DNA of 37,279 nucleotides from Chloroflexota bacterium (GTDB lineage Bacteria; Chloroflexota; UBA6077; JACCZL01): NCBI GenBank assembly GCA_038318015.1, contig JBBQBU010000002.1, positions 1 to 37,279 of the forward strand, read 5' to 3'. Shown piece by piece: positions 11,401 to 19,142 of this stretch (position 1 is its first letter; each line of letters starts with the position of its first letter). The notes under the pieces were generated by a model. It saw only the letters and a program-made list of their open reading frames with translations, ran no database searches and was not told where the DNA came from. The position numbers and the translations under genes were made by a program.

Positions 11401-12330
11401 GGCTCTGGGCAGGCGCGCCTGACCGGTGATGGCGTGTGGGGCGCTGCGGGGCTCGTCAGTGCGCGCGGGGCACCGCTGCGCCTGGTCAGCCGCTCCGCAC
11501 CGCTGGCTGCCGACAGCCTGCCGCTTGACCGCCGCCTTGACGCAGCACTCGATGGTGGACGCCTCGTCGGCGTGGACTTCGACCGCGAGACGGCGCGGGC
11601 CGGCGAACGGGTGCGCCTGGGCCTGTTCTGGGAACCGCTTGGCGGGCGCGCCGAGGGCCGCGAGGTCAGTATCGTCGTGCGGCGGGGCGGGACGACCGTG
11701 CAGGAGTGGCGCGGCGTACCCGTTGACGGCACCTACCCGACGACCGCCTGGAAGCCCGGCGAAGTAGTACGCGACAACTGGGACATCACGCTGCCGGCCA
11801 CGCTCAACGCCGGGCCGGTCGATATCGCGGCAGGACTCGCGGTACCCGGCCAGCCGCCCGCGCAGTACGTCGCCCTCGGCACTATGAACGTGCAGGCCGG
11901 CGACCGCGAGGTGCAGCCGCCGGAGATGCGGGCCAGCATCGGCGTGCGCTTCGCGAACGGCGCGCTGCTGCTCGGACTGGACTCCAAGACGCGGCGGGCG
12001 CGGGCGAACGACACCGCCGATTTCACGCTCGTTTGGCGGGCCGACGCGCCGCTGCCACGCGACCACACGGTCACCGTGGCGCTGCTGGACGAGGCCGGGC
12101 GCATCGTGGCCCAGCAGGAGAATGAGCCAGCCGGCGGGAAGCGTCCGACATCAGGGTGGACGGCGGACGAGTACATTGAAGACGGTTGGAAGGTGCGGAT
12201 TCCCCGCGACGTGGCGCGCGGCCGGGTACGGCTGGCCGTCTCCCTGGTCGATCCGTTGACGAACCAGCGGGTGCCGACCGACACTGGCGGCGTCTGGGTC
12301 GAACTGCCTATTGAGGTGGGCGGCGAATGA
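8428..12330 (+). CDS. Large membrane protein: N-terminal TM helices, PA14-like module, ArnT/PMT_2-like GT-C glycosyltransferase core, three C-terminal beta-sandwich-like repeats
   Basis: Start moved to ATG 8428 (MPQARPLIFGAALLSLALPGHP...) because the conserved GHP motif then sits as in the two paralogues. PA14-like LPFAARWTGLLVMPAAGEQTLSLEANGPATLELG. GT-C loop GGNDWLAYEGFARDIL. Many TM segments. Confidence 0.8.
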   Translation: MPQARPLIFGAALLSLALPGHPLALLGGLPLDLPAIWLALLVVGWAVLLPGAPPRGRLLLGGLAAVGLLRVLVGLVAPSYGLDGTYRLDSATQPAGENWPRGAQVAGRLDFRGDEFPVHFINDVRYLNFYTPNQPKRDLLPFAARWTGLLVMPAAGEQTLSLEANGPATLELGSAATGGVQRVSIDQPGRLRDATLTATLPSGLIPITVTYQRPDEAMPWLVVRNGPPVTDGEPLGGVQLVRAGTGDTAVARDGWLRPLALALDGLFVGLLGVGFAAHLLATLRGRRSASTEPAGDGQPEAPGAWAPRGLERVLLALYVVVAVGFEIRDHQHLFGRAIILSGGNDWLAYEGFARDILTNGLLLTEGRALGQGVPFYYQPLYIYWVALTHLVLGESLFAPLLMNTALGIAAGVGVYCLTRSLFGRGAALAALPLFEVARQTVFAPTAGLLLSENLIFPLVPVFLLLFARLAVTGRVGLAVAAGFVLGLGGLARTTPLALLPPALLILLLAWRRVRLGRLAFGSDRLALGWRATVVRLAVVVVACTLTLGMATTRNYLVSGRPVPITSSAGANLWETHRPSSKVDLSRIDRDPLYERLQLDRTTREVVEFIRQDAAGYVGTLVPMFLFAVGVQGAVVGTWDVQPILFGLWVTYLLASLAMPCARTLPTLFLHAFIWSHLAQMTIFFSHQYGFRLILPMYVAMVPVVAAGVAAVVARVARLLTLLGVFLPARASLPPVTRVALALVAFAGGAAGLGAIDWRSPDAAREAFYAVSGDVAIAVRQAARPDLMRRVASAYFVGDDSRSTDVAYLNGLAFPTLRWFDGARGVVLPPPGEQALYVMPDRAAADVAKQCLGSSASIGRERDPVVGVGLELLLASAGTGDCTMPRLPIGAPFGEGQDATARLLGLDGPASTEPGRTLDVMIAWEALGRPRNRARPLVTLVDSRGRRWGQAETTAYPSSAWRPGERAVGVARLEIDPTLPPGEYRLDGGFSAGSGQARLTGDGVWGAAGLVSARGAPLRLVSRSAPLAADSLPLDRRLDAALDGGRLVGVDFDRETARAGERVRLGLFWEPLGGRAEGREVSIVVRRGGTTVQEWRGVPVDGTYPTTAWKPGEVVRDNWDITLPATLNAGPVDIAAGLAVPGQPPAQYVALGTMNVQAGDREVQPPEMRASIGVRFANGALLLGLDSKTRRARANDTADFTLVWRADAPLPRDHTVTVALLDEAGRIVAQQENEPAGGKRPTSGWTADEYIEDGWKVRIPRDVARGRVRLAVSLVDPLTNQRVPTDTGGVWVELPIEVGGE

Positions 12331-14525
12331 GCAGGCGCTGGCTGGCCATGATGGTTGCGGGCTGCCTCGCGTACCTGCTGCTCGACGGCCACCCCGAAAG
12401 CTGGCTCAACGGGCTGCCGTGGCGACCGCTGTCACTCGGCGTGGCGGTGCTTGGCGGCGTCGTGCTATGGGTGGCGTGGCCCCGGCCCTCACCCCCCGAC
12501 CCCCTCTCCCACTTGTGGGAGAGGGGGAGAGGGGTGAGGGCGGCGATGATCCTGGCCGCCGTAATCTGCGTGCTGGCGCTGGCGAAGAGCGTCGTCGGGG
12601 GGCAGGCGCTTCAGTCGGGGCTGCCCGGCTGGTACTTCGACAATAGCCGCTTTCAGGGGGACATGGAGCGCTCGTCGGACTTCCTGGGCGAGCCGTGGAC
12701 CCGCCGCGAAAGCGAACTGTTCTTTGGCGGTGACGAGTTCCCGGCCTACTTCCTCAATGATGTGCAGCGCTTCAACTTCTTTGGGGCAGAGGCCGAGCGC
12801 CGCAAGAATCTGCCGTTCTCGGTGCGCTGGGACGGCTTCCTGTACGTGCCGGCTGACGGCACCTATCAGCTCTGGCTGACGGCCTCTGGCCCGGCTGCCC
12901 TGCGCCTGGACGGCAGGCAGGTGGCGCTGGTGGACGCTGACGGCCGCGAGACGACGCGTATTGCGCTGCCGCTGGCGGCCGGCTCGCACCCGATCAGGAT
13001 CACGTATGCCCGCCGCCCGCCGCGCTCACCCGACCTGAAAATGGAGTGGGATGTTGGCGGTGAGCGCCAGCCGCTGCGAGTGCCGTACCTGTTCCCCGCC
13101 GACGTGACGCCCGCCCAATGGGCCACGGATCGGACAGTGCTCACGCTGTCGCGTGGGCTGGACGCGGCGTTCCTGGCGCTGGGAGGACTGGGCCTACTGG
13201 CGCTGATCGTCGGGGCGGCGGGGCAGGCCTGGCGGCAACCGTTGCTGCGCTGGCGGCTGCTGGAGCGGGCGCTGCTCGGCGTCTGGGTGGCTGCCGTCTT
13301 CGTGCAAGCGACGGTGCCGCGCCTCGACCGGCTGGACAAATTGGCGCTGCTCGGCGGCGGGCAGGACTGGCTGACGCACGAGAGTTTTGCCCGCGACATC
13401 CTCATCAACGGCCCGCTGATGACGCTCGGGAAGGCGCTCGGCGAGGGCCGCACGTTCTACGCGCAGCCGTTCTACCCGTACGCGCTGGCTGGGTTCCACG
13501 CGCTGACCGGCGAAGACCAGTTTGGCGTGCTGGCAGTACAAGTCTTCCTGGCGAGCATCTCCGGCGTTCTGCTCTACTTCCTGGCGAAGCGTCTGTTCGG
13601 GACGCCGGCGGCGCTGGTGACGTTCGGGCTGTACGTGCCGTTCTGGTTCTGGCACCTGGAGTGGGTCGCCTACCGCTTGATCTCCGAAGCGATTTACTTC
13701 ACGATCTTGCCGGCGCTGCTGCTGACGCTGGTGCACTGCTACGACGAGCGCCGTCTGCGCGACCTGGCGGTAGCCGGCGGGCTGCTCGGCCTCGCCATTG
13801 TGACGCGCGGCCCGACGCTGCTGTACGTGCCGTTTGTTGCGGGCGTCATCTGGTGGGGATTCCGGCGGGCCGGCCTGTCGCGGGCGCTGGTCCTGCGCCG
13901 GCTGGCGGTCTTGTTCGCCTGCATGGCGCTAGTGGTCGGGCTGGTGCCGCTCCGCAATCTGATCGTTGCGGGCCAGCCGTCCGTGCTGGCTTCCAGCGGC
14001 GGCGTGAACCTCCAGAAGCTGCACCGGCCGTCCAACGGCGTGCGGCTGAACGTGGCGCAGGAACGGTGGTTTGCGCCGTACGTGCAAGACGCCCCAACCC
14101 GTGAGACCATCGAGTTCCTGCTGCAAGATCCGGCCGGCTACGCCTGGGCGTCAGTGCTGCTGGCGGCGTACACGCTGGGGTACGGCGGCGCGGTCGAGGA
14201 AAGCCTCGTGACGGTCTGGCCGGAGCTGGTCGCGCTGAACGTCGTGTACCTGCTGACCATGCTGCTGCTGGCCCGCGCGCGGTCGCTGCGTTCGGCACTA
14301 CTGCACGCCTTCGTGCTGATCCACTTCGCCACCATGGTCATCTTCGTGCCGTACGACTACGACAATCGGCTGGTGCTGCCGATGTACCTGCCGATCATCG
14401 TGATCGCGGGGGGCGGCCTTGCGGCGGCGCTCGGTTGGGCGGCCGGGCGCGTGCGACGCGGATCGGTTGCTGTTCCGACGACGCGGCCAGCGGTGCTGGC
14501 CGCGCGGGACGCCGAAACGTCATGA
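12327..14525 (+). CDS. Membrane protein: PA14-like module plus ArnT/PMT_2-like GT-C glycosyltransferase core (paralogue 2)
   Basis: ATG overlaps the upstream TGA (ATGA 12327-12330); GAGGTGGG Shine-Dalgarno at 12313-12320. PA14-like GWYFDNSRFQG...LPFSVRWDGFLYVPADGTYQLWLTASGPAALRLDG. GT-C loop GGQDWLTHESFARDIL. Confidence 0.85.
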   Translation: MSRRWLAMMVAGCLAYLLLDGHPESWLNGLPWRPLSLGVAVLGGVVLWVAWPRPSPPDPLSHLWERGRGVRAAMILAAVICVLALAKSVVGGQALQSGLPGWYFDNSRFQGDMERSSDFLGEPWTRRESELFFGGDEFPAYFLNDVQRFNFFGAEAERRKNLPFSVRWDGFLYVPADGTYQLWLTASGPAALRLDGRQVALVDADGRETTRIALPLAAGSHPIRITYARRPPRSPDLKMEWDVGGERQPLRVPYLFPADVTPAQWATDRTVLTLSRGLDAAFLALGGLGLLALIVGAAGQAWRQPLLRWRLLERALLGVWVAAVFVQATVPRLDRLDKLALLGGGQDWLTHESFARDILINGPLMTLGKALGEGRTFYAQPFYPYALAGFHALTGEDQFGVLAVQVFLASISGVLLYFLAKRLFGTPAALVTFGLYVPFWFWHLEWVAYRLISEAIYFTILPALLLTLVHCYDERRLRDLAVAGGLLGLAIVTRGPTLLYVPFVAGVIWWGFRRAGLSRALVLRRLAVLFACMALVVGLVPLRNLIVAGQPSVLASSGGVNLQKLHRPSNGVRLNVAQERWFAPYVQDAPTRETIEFLLQDPAGYAWASVLLAAYTLGYGGAVEESLVTVWPELVALNVVYLLTMLLLARARSLRSALLHAFVLIHFATMVIFVPYDYDNRLVLPMYLPIIVIAGGGLAAALGWAAGRVRRGSVAVPTTRPAVLAARDAETS
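12487..12540. repeat. GC-rich nested palindromic element (54 nt) lying in frame inside the CDS
   Basis: ccctcaccccccgaccccctctcccacttgtgggagagggggagaggggtgaggg. The outer arms ccctcacccc/ggggtgaggg and inner arms cccctctccca/tgggagagggg are perfect complements. Confidence 0.85.
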
Positions 14526-14619
14526 CGGTAACGGCGAAATGCGGGGCGGGCGCAAGGGGCTTCGGTATACTAGCCCGAGCCACGCCGCCGGCCCGTTCGG
14601 CGCAGTAGGCTGCCAACTG

Positions 14620-16485
14620 ATGGTAACGAATGTCGCTGAACACATCGCCACGCCCGCTGACGCTGCTCGCCTGACGCCGACGCCCGACCGGGTGCGCGGA
14701 GTGGCGGGCCTTGCCGCGCTGCCGATGGTGGTCGCGGTCTTGTGCGGCCTCGCCTTCTTCGCGGTCACGTGCTGGCTGGCGTTCGCCCGGCACGACATGT
14801 TCCTGACCGGCCGCTTCGATCTGGAGATTTACACCCAGGTCGTCTGGAACACCGGCCACGGTCGGCCATTCGAGACGACGCTGCTTAAGTCGAATCTGAG
14901 CCACCTTGCCGAGCATGTCGCCCTGGTGCTGGTGCCGATCTCATGGCTGTACCGCCTCTACCCCGACCCCAAGTTTCTGATTGCGCTGCAGCAAGGTGCG
15001 CTGGCGCTGCTGGGCCTGCCGCTGTTCGTTGTGGCGCGGCGGGCGCTTGGGTCGGGGTGGCAGGCCGTCCTCGTACTGGCCTGCTTCTACCTGACGCCGG
15101 CGATGGCCGGCGTGGCCCTGGACGACTTTCACGCAGTGGTCATTGCTGCGCTACCCCTCTCGGTGGGGCTGGCGCTGGTGCTGCTCGGGCGGCCCCGGCT
15201 CGGGGCGGCCATCGCGCTGTTAGCGCTGCCGGCCGAGGAAGAAACGGCCCTGGTCGTCATCGGTCTGGGGGCGTTGCTCTGGCTGCGCCGCGAGCGGTGG
15301 CTCGGCATCGGCGTGGCGGGGATCGCGGCCGCCTACCTGGGACTGCTGGTGCTGGTCGTGATGCCGAGTTTCCATGACGAGCGCACGCTTGAGTCGGTGG
15401 CTGGCAATCGCACCCTGAACCATTTTCAGGAGATCCGCGACGAGCCGAGCAAGGTGGCAGACCGGCTGTTTGGGGAGCGCGGGCGCGACGCGCTGCTATG
15501 GGCCGGCCTCTCGACGGGCGGGCTGGCGTTGTTGTCGCCGGCCACGCTTATGACGGCCCTGCCGTCGCTCGGCGCGCTGCTGTTTCAGAACCGCGATGAC
15601 ACGTTCGGTCGGCACTGGGTCGCGCCGCTGCTGGTCGGCCTCTGGATGGCGACGGCGGTCGGGCTGGCCCGCTTGCGCCGTGGACCGCCGCGCGCGGTTG
15701 GGCTGGTGCTGCTGGTCGCCGGGACCGCCGTCGCGTTCCGGCTGGTCAGCCCGTTGCCGGGCGGCGGGCGCTTCGACAACTCGCCGCTGCACCCCGACGA
15801 GCGCGCTCGGCTGTTGCAGCGCGCCGTCGAGCGTGTGCCGGACACCGGCGTCGTGGTCGCCAGCCCGAATCTGGTCGCACACCTGGCGAACCGCCCAGAG
15901 GCGTACGTCTTCCCGATTGACAGCCACTACGCCGAGGAGATGGGCTGGCGGAAGAAGCGCCCTGACTTCTACGCGCTCGACTTGATCGACGAACTCACGA
16001 ACCGAGCGACCAACTCTGACCGCCTGAATCCGATGGCCGCCGACAAGCCGTACCAGGTGTGGTCGCCGGGCCATAAGGTGCTCGTGCTGAGCGAGGAAGC
16101 GCCGACGCCGATGTTCCAGACCGACGCCCGCTGGGGCGAGCGCGTCTGGCTGCGCGGCTACGATGTGGAGCAGGTCGCCGCCGGCACCCGCGTGACGTTT
16201 TACTGGGAGCGGTACGCTGAGGCGCGCGGACGGTACGACCGCGACCTTGACGTGGTAGATGCACACCAGCAGCCGGCCATGTTCGAGGAGGATATGGGGC
16301 TGTCGGCGGTCTACGGGCTGAACAAGTGGCGACTTGGGCAGACGATCATGGACGAGGTGCTGATTCCGCCGGTGGCTGGCCCGGGGCGCGTGCGCCTGCG
16401 GTGGGTGTCTGAGGAGAAGCGGACGCCGTTCAGGCTGCCGGACGGCGAGGATGCCCTGACCCTGTATATCGACACGGGGCGCTAG
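14620..16485 (+). CDS. DUF2079-family integral membrane protein (GT-C-like) with a C-terminal beta-sandwich-like module
   Basis: FARHDMFLTGRFDLEIYTQVVWNTGHGRPFETTLLKSNLSHLAEHVALVLVPISWLYRLYPDPKFLIALQQGALAL matches the DUF2079 N-terminal signature. The start is uncertain (ATG 14620 chosen; ATG 14539 is possible). The 14419 start would overlap the upstream gene. Confidence 0.72.
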   Translation: MVTNVAEHIATPADAARLTPTPDRVRGVAGLAALPMVVAVLCGLAFFAVTCWLAFARHDMFLTGRFDLEIYTQVVWNTGHGRPFETTLLKSNLSHLAEHVALVLVPISWLYRLYPDPKFLIALQQGALALLGLPLFVVARRALGSGWQAVLVLACFYLTPAMAGVALDDFHAVVIAALPLSVGLALVLLGRPRLGAAIALLALPAEEETALVVIGLGALLWLRRERWLGIGVAGIAAAYLGLLVLVVMPSFHDERTLESVAGNRTLNHFQEIRDEPSKVADRLFGERGRDALLWAGLSTGGLALLSPATLMTALPSLGALLFQNRDDTFGRHWVAPLLVGLWMATAVGLARLRRGPPRAVGLVLLVAGTAVAFRLVSPLPGGGRFDNSPLHPDERARLLQRAVERVPDTGVVVASPNLVAHLANRPEAYVFPIDSHYAEEMGWRKKRPDFYALDLIDELTNRATNSDRLNPMAADKPYQVWSPGHKVLVLSEEAPTPMFQTDARWGERVWLRGYDVEQVAAGTRVTFYWERYAEARGRYDRDLDVVDAHQQPAMFEEDMGLSAVYGLNKWRLGQTIMDEVLIPPVAGPGRVRLRWVSEEKRTPFRLPDGEDALTLYIDTGR

Positions 16486-16486
16486 C

Positions 16487-18781
16487 ATGCCGACGCGCAC
16501 GGCATCCCGGACGGCTCCGGTGCTGCTGGTGGCAGGCGTGGCGGTGTACCTGCTGGTGCCGGGCCACCCGCTCGGCCTGCTGCGCGGGGTGCCGCTGGAT
16601 TGGCTCGGCGTGGCGGCACTGTTCGGTGCGGGCACCTTGTTGTGGGGCTTCGGGCTGCCGCGCTGGCGACGTTCGGGCCTGTTGGCGGGCCTGATGCTGG
16701 CGCTCGTCGCCGCAAAGCTGGCGCTGTGGCTGGTGGCCCCGTCCTATGGGCTGGCGGCCTCGTACTACGCGCGGGCGCGGCTCGCCGGCACGCCCGAGCG
16801 GTCCACCGAGCAGCGCGGCGCGCAGTACACGCGCGTCGAGGCCAGCCCAGGCCGTGGCGGTTTCGCGCTCCACTTCTTCAACGACGTGGACCGCTTTAAC
16901 TACTACGAAGCGCCAGACCCCGACCGCAACGCGCTGCCATTTGCCGTGCGCTGGGACGGCTACCTGCACGTCCCAGCCGACGGCGCGTATCCGCTGGCAT
17001 TGACGGCACGCGGCGTGGCTGCGCTCTCACTGGACGGCGCGCCGATCCTCACCGTCGGGTCGCGCGAGGCGGAGACGACCGATCAGGCGACAGTGCCGCT
17101 GACACGCGGTGCCCATGCCCTGCGCCTCGACTTCACGCACCGGGGCGGCATCTCGCCGTCGCTGACCCTGGCCGCCGACCTGGGCGGCGGCGTGATTGGT
17201 GGCTTGACTGGAGGGCCGGGTGGCGGGCTAACGCGCCTGATGCCGCCGCTGGTCACGGTGGATGATGTCTCGGCGGACGCGCTTGCTCGCGACCGGCTGC
17301 TCGGCTGGCTGGCGTCGGCGCTGGACGTGCTGGTGCTGGGCGGTGTCGTGGCTGCGGCGGCGGCGGCCCTTGTAGCGCGCACGAAGACGCCGCGAACAAC
17401 GACATCTCTCTGCGTCGGCGTTTCACGTCATCCGGAGGGCTCCCCTCTCCCGCGCACGGGAGAGGGGCCGGGGGTGAGGGCTCCCGTCGTTCGCGAAGGG
17501 CCGGGGGTGAGGGTCTCTCCTGGCCTGTTGGCAGTCTGGGAGCGGCCGATGCTGGCGGGCCTGCTACTGGCTGTGCTGGCCTACGCGCTCGTCACGACGA
17601 CCGACCTTGCCGGCCGCGCCGTCATCCTCGAAGGTGGGCAGGACTGGCTCACCTACGAGTCGTACGCCCGCGACATCCTGCTCAACGGCCCGCTGATGAC
17701 CCTCGGGGAGCCGCTCGGCAAGGGCAAGCCGTTCTTCTTCCAGCCGTTCTACCCGTACTACCTCGCGACACTCCACTGGCTGACCGGTGAAGGGCTGTGG
17801 GGGCCAATCGTCCTGCAACTGTTCGGGGTGGGCGTGGCCGGCATCCTGACGTACTGGCTCGGCAAGCGCCTCTTCGGCACGGTGGCGGGTGTGCTGGCGC
17901 TCGGCCTGTTCCTCGTCTTGGCCCTGAGCCAACTGGACTGGATCGCCCGCAAGCTGCTGTCCGAGAACCTGTACTTCTACGTGCTGCCGGCCGCCATGCT
18001 GCTGGTCGTCCGGGTCATCGACGAGCGCCGCCTACGCGATGTGGTGTCTGCGGGCCTGCTCCTGGGCGTGGCGTCGATCACGCGCGCCCCCACGCTCTTG
18101 ATCGTGCCGGGGGCCGCGCTGTTCGTTGCGCTGGCGTGGCGGCGGGCCGGCCTGCCCTGGCGACAGGCTGTCACGGCGTTCGTGCTGCTCGGGGCCACCA
18201 CGGCGCTGGTGGCGGCGGTCGTTCCAGCCCGCAACTACATCGTCTCGGGGAAGCCGTCCCTGGTCGCCTCGAACGGCGGCGCGACGCTGCTGCTGGCCCA
18301 CCAACCGACCGACAAGGTGCGCCTGCGCGGCATCGACGACAATCCGATCTATGACGCGCTGAAGCTGGACCGCGCCACTCGCGAGGTCGTGGAATTCGCA
18401 CGGCAAGACCCGGCCGGCTACGTCTGGACGCTGGTGCCGCTGGGGCTGTATTCGGTCGGCATCTCGGGGATGGTCGAGGACAACCCGCCGCTCGCGCCCG
18501 ACGTGTTGGCGATCACGCTGCTGTACGTGCTGGCGGTGCTGTTTCTGCCCGGCGCACGCACGCTCAAGACCTGGCCGCTGCACCTGTTCGTCGTCATCCA
18601 CCTCGCCATCATGATGACGTTCCTGCCGTACGTCTACGGCTACCGTCAGGTGCTGCCGATGCAGGTGCTGATGCTACCGTTTGGCGGGCTGTTCCTGGCG
18701 CGCGTCCTGGGGCGCGTCGGCGTCGGCCGCCGGGCCGCGTCCACGCAGCACCAGCCAGTGGTGGAGCAGCGCCCCGCCTGA
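16487..18781 (+). CDS. Membrane protein: PA14-like module plus ArnT/PMT_2-like GT-C glycosyltransferase core (paralogue 3)
   Basis: ATG lies 1 nt after the upstream TAG. PA14-like LPFAVRWDGYLHVPADGAYPLALTARGVAALSLDG. GT-C loop GGQDWLTYESYARDIL. The core is collinear with 12327-14525. Confidence 0.85.
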   Translation: MPTRTASRTAPVLLVAGVAVYLLVPGHPLGLLRGVPLDWLGVAALFGAGTLLWGFGLPRWRRSGLLAGLMLALVAAKLALWLVAPSYGLAASYYARARLAGTPERSTEQRGAQYTRVEASPGRGGFALHFFNDVDRFNYYEAPDPDRNALPFAVRWDGYLHVPADGAYPLALTARGVAALSLDGAPILTVGSREAETTDQATVPLTRGAHALRLDFTHRGGISPSLTLAADLGGGVIGGLTGGPGGGLTRLMPPLVTVDDVSADALARDRLLGWLASALDVLVLGGVVAAAAAALVARTKTPRTTTSLCVGVSRHPEGSPLPRTGEGPGVRAPVVREGPGVRVSPGLLAVWERPMLAGLLLAVLAYALVTTTDLAGRAVILEGGQDWLTYESYARDILLNGPLMTLGEPLGKGKPFFFQPFYPYYLATLHWLTGEGLWGPIVLQLFGVGVAGILTYWLGKRLFGTVAGVLALGLFLVLALSQLDWIARKLLSENLYFYVLPAAMLLVVRVIDERRLRDVVSAGLLLGVASITRAPTLLIVPGAALFVALAWRRAGLPWRQAVTAFVLLGATTALVAAVVPARNYIVSGKPSLVASNGGATLLLAHQPTDKVRLRGIDDNPIYDALKLDRATREVVEFARQDPAGYVWTLVPLGLYSVGISGMVEDNPPLAPDVLAITLLYVLAVLFLPGARTLKTWPLHLFVVIHLAIMMTFLPYVYGYRQVLPMQVLMLPFGGLFLARVLGRVGVGRRAASTQHQPVVEQRPA
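17441..17513. repeat. GC-rich palindromic element with duplicated 3' arm, in frame inside the CDS
   Basis: Core cccctctcccgcgcacgggagagggg (17442-17467), followed by ccgggggtgaggg at 17468-17480 and again at 17501-17513. Confidence 0.8.
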
Positions 18782-19105
18782 GAGGGCCAGCGTGTCCAGC
18801 AGCGCATCGGCGGGCTGGCCGGTGCGCCCGTAGACGAACGTCTGCCGCGTCTCGTCCAGGGAGGCCAGGATCATCCCGAGCACGATCGTCGTGAGCAGGG
18901 CCACCCGCGCACCGAATGCCAGCCCTGCTGCCGGTGCAGTCAGCGCCTCAGCGGCCAGCCAGCCGAGCACGCCGTAGACGAAGACGTGCCCGGCCTTGGC
19001 GGTCAGGAAGTCGCGCATCGGCTGGCCGGACTCCGGCGTCGCGGTCAGCGACGACGTGTAGATGATCGCGGCATACCAGAGTCCAAGTGCGAGCCAGCGC
19101 ATCAT
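18674..19105 (-). CDS. VanZ-like family membrane protein
   Basis: Start moved to the ATG pair at 19105 (MMRWLALGLWYAAIIYTSSL...), with GGGGGTGAG upstream. ...KAGHVFVYGVLGWL...SLDETRQ... is a VanZ-like pattern. The 3' end overlaps the convergent gene by 108 nt. Confidence 0.7.
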   Translation of the reverse strand: MMRWLALGLWYAAIIYTSSLTATPESGQPMRDFLTAKAGHVFVYGVLGWLAAEALTAPAAGLAFGARVALLTTIVLGMILASLDETRQTFVYGRTGQPADALLDTLALSGGALLHHWLVLRGRGPAADADAPQDARQEQPAKR

Positions 19106-19109
19106 CCAC

Positions 19110-19142
19110 TCACCCCCCGATCCCTTCGCCCGTGCGTGGGCG
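19110..19142. repeat. Degenerate copy of the GC-rich palindromic element at the junction of the two VanZ-like genes
   Basis: ctcaccccccgatcccttcgcccgtgcgtgggcg. The first 12 nt are identical to 12489-12500, and a residual cgccc/gggcg hairpin remains. Confidence 0.45.

Noticed and set aside
14419-14619. Earlier start for the DUF2079 gene, overlapping the end of the upstream gene by about 100 nt
   Set aside because: The extension is Arg-rich and overlaps a well-supported CDS. ATG 14620 (or 14539) gives a normal N terminus. The exact start remains uncertain.
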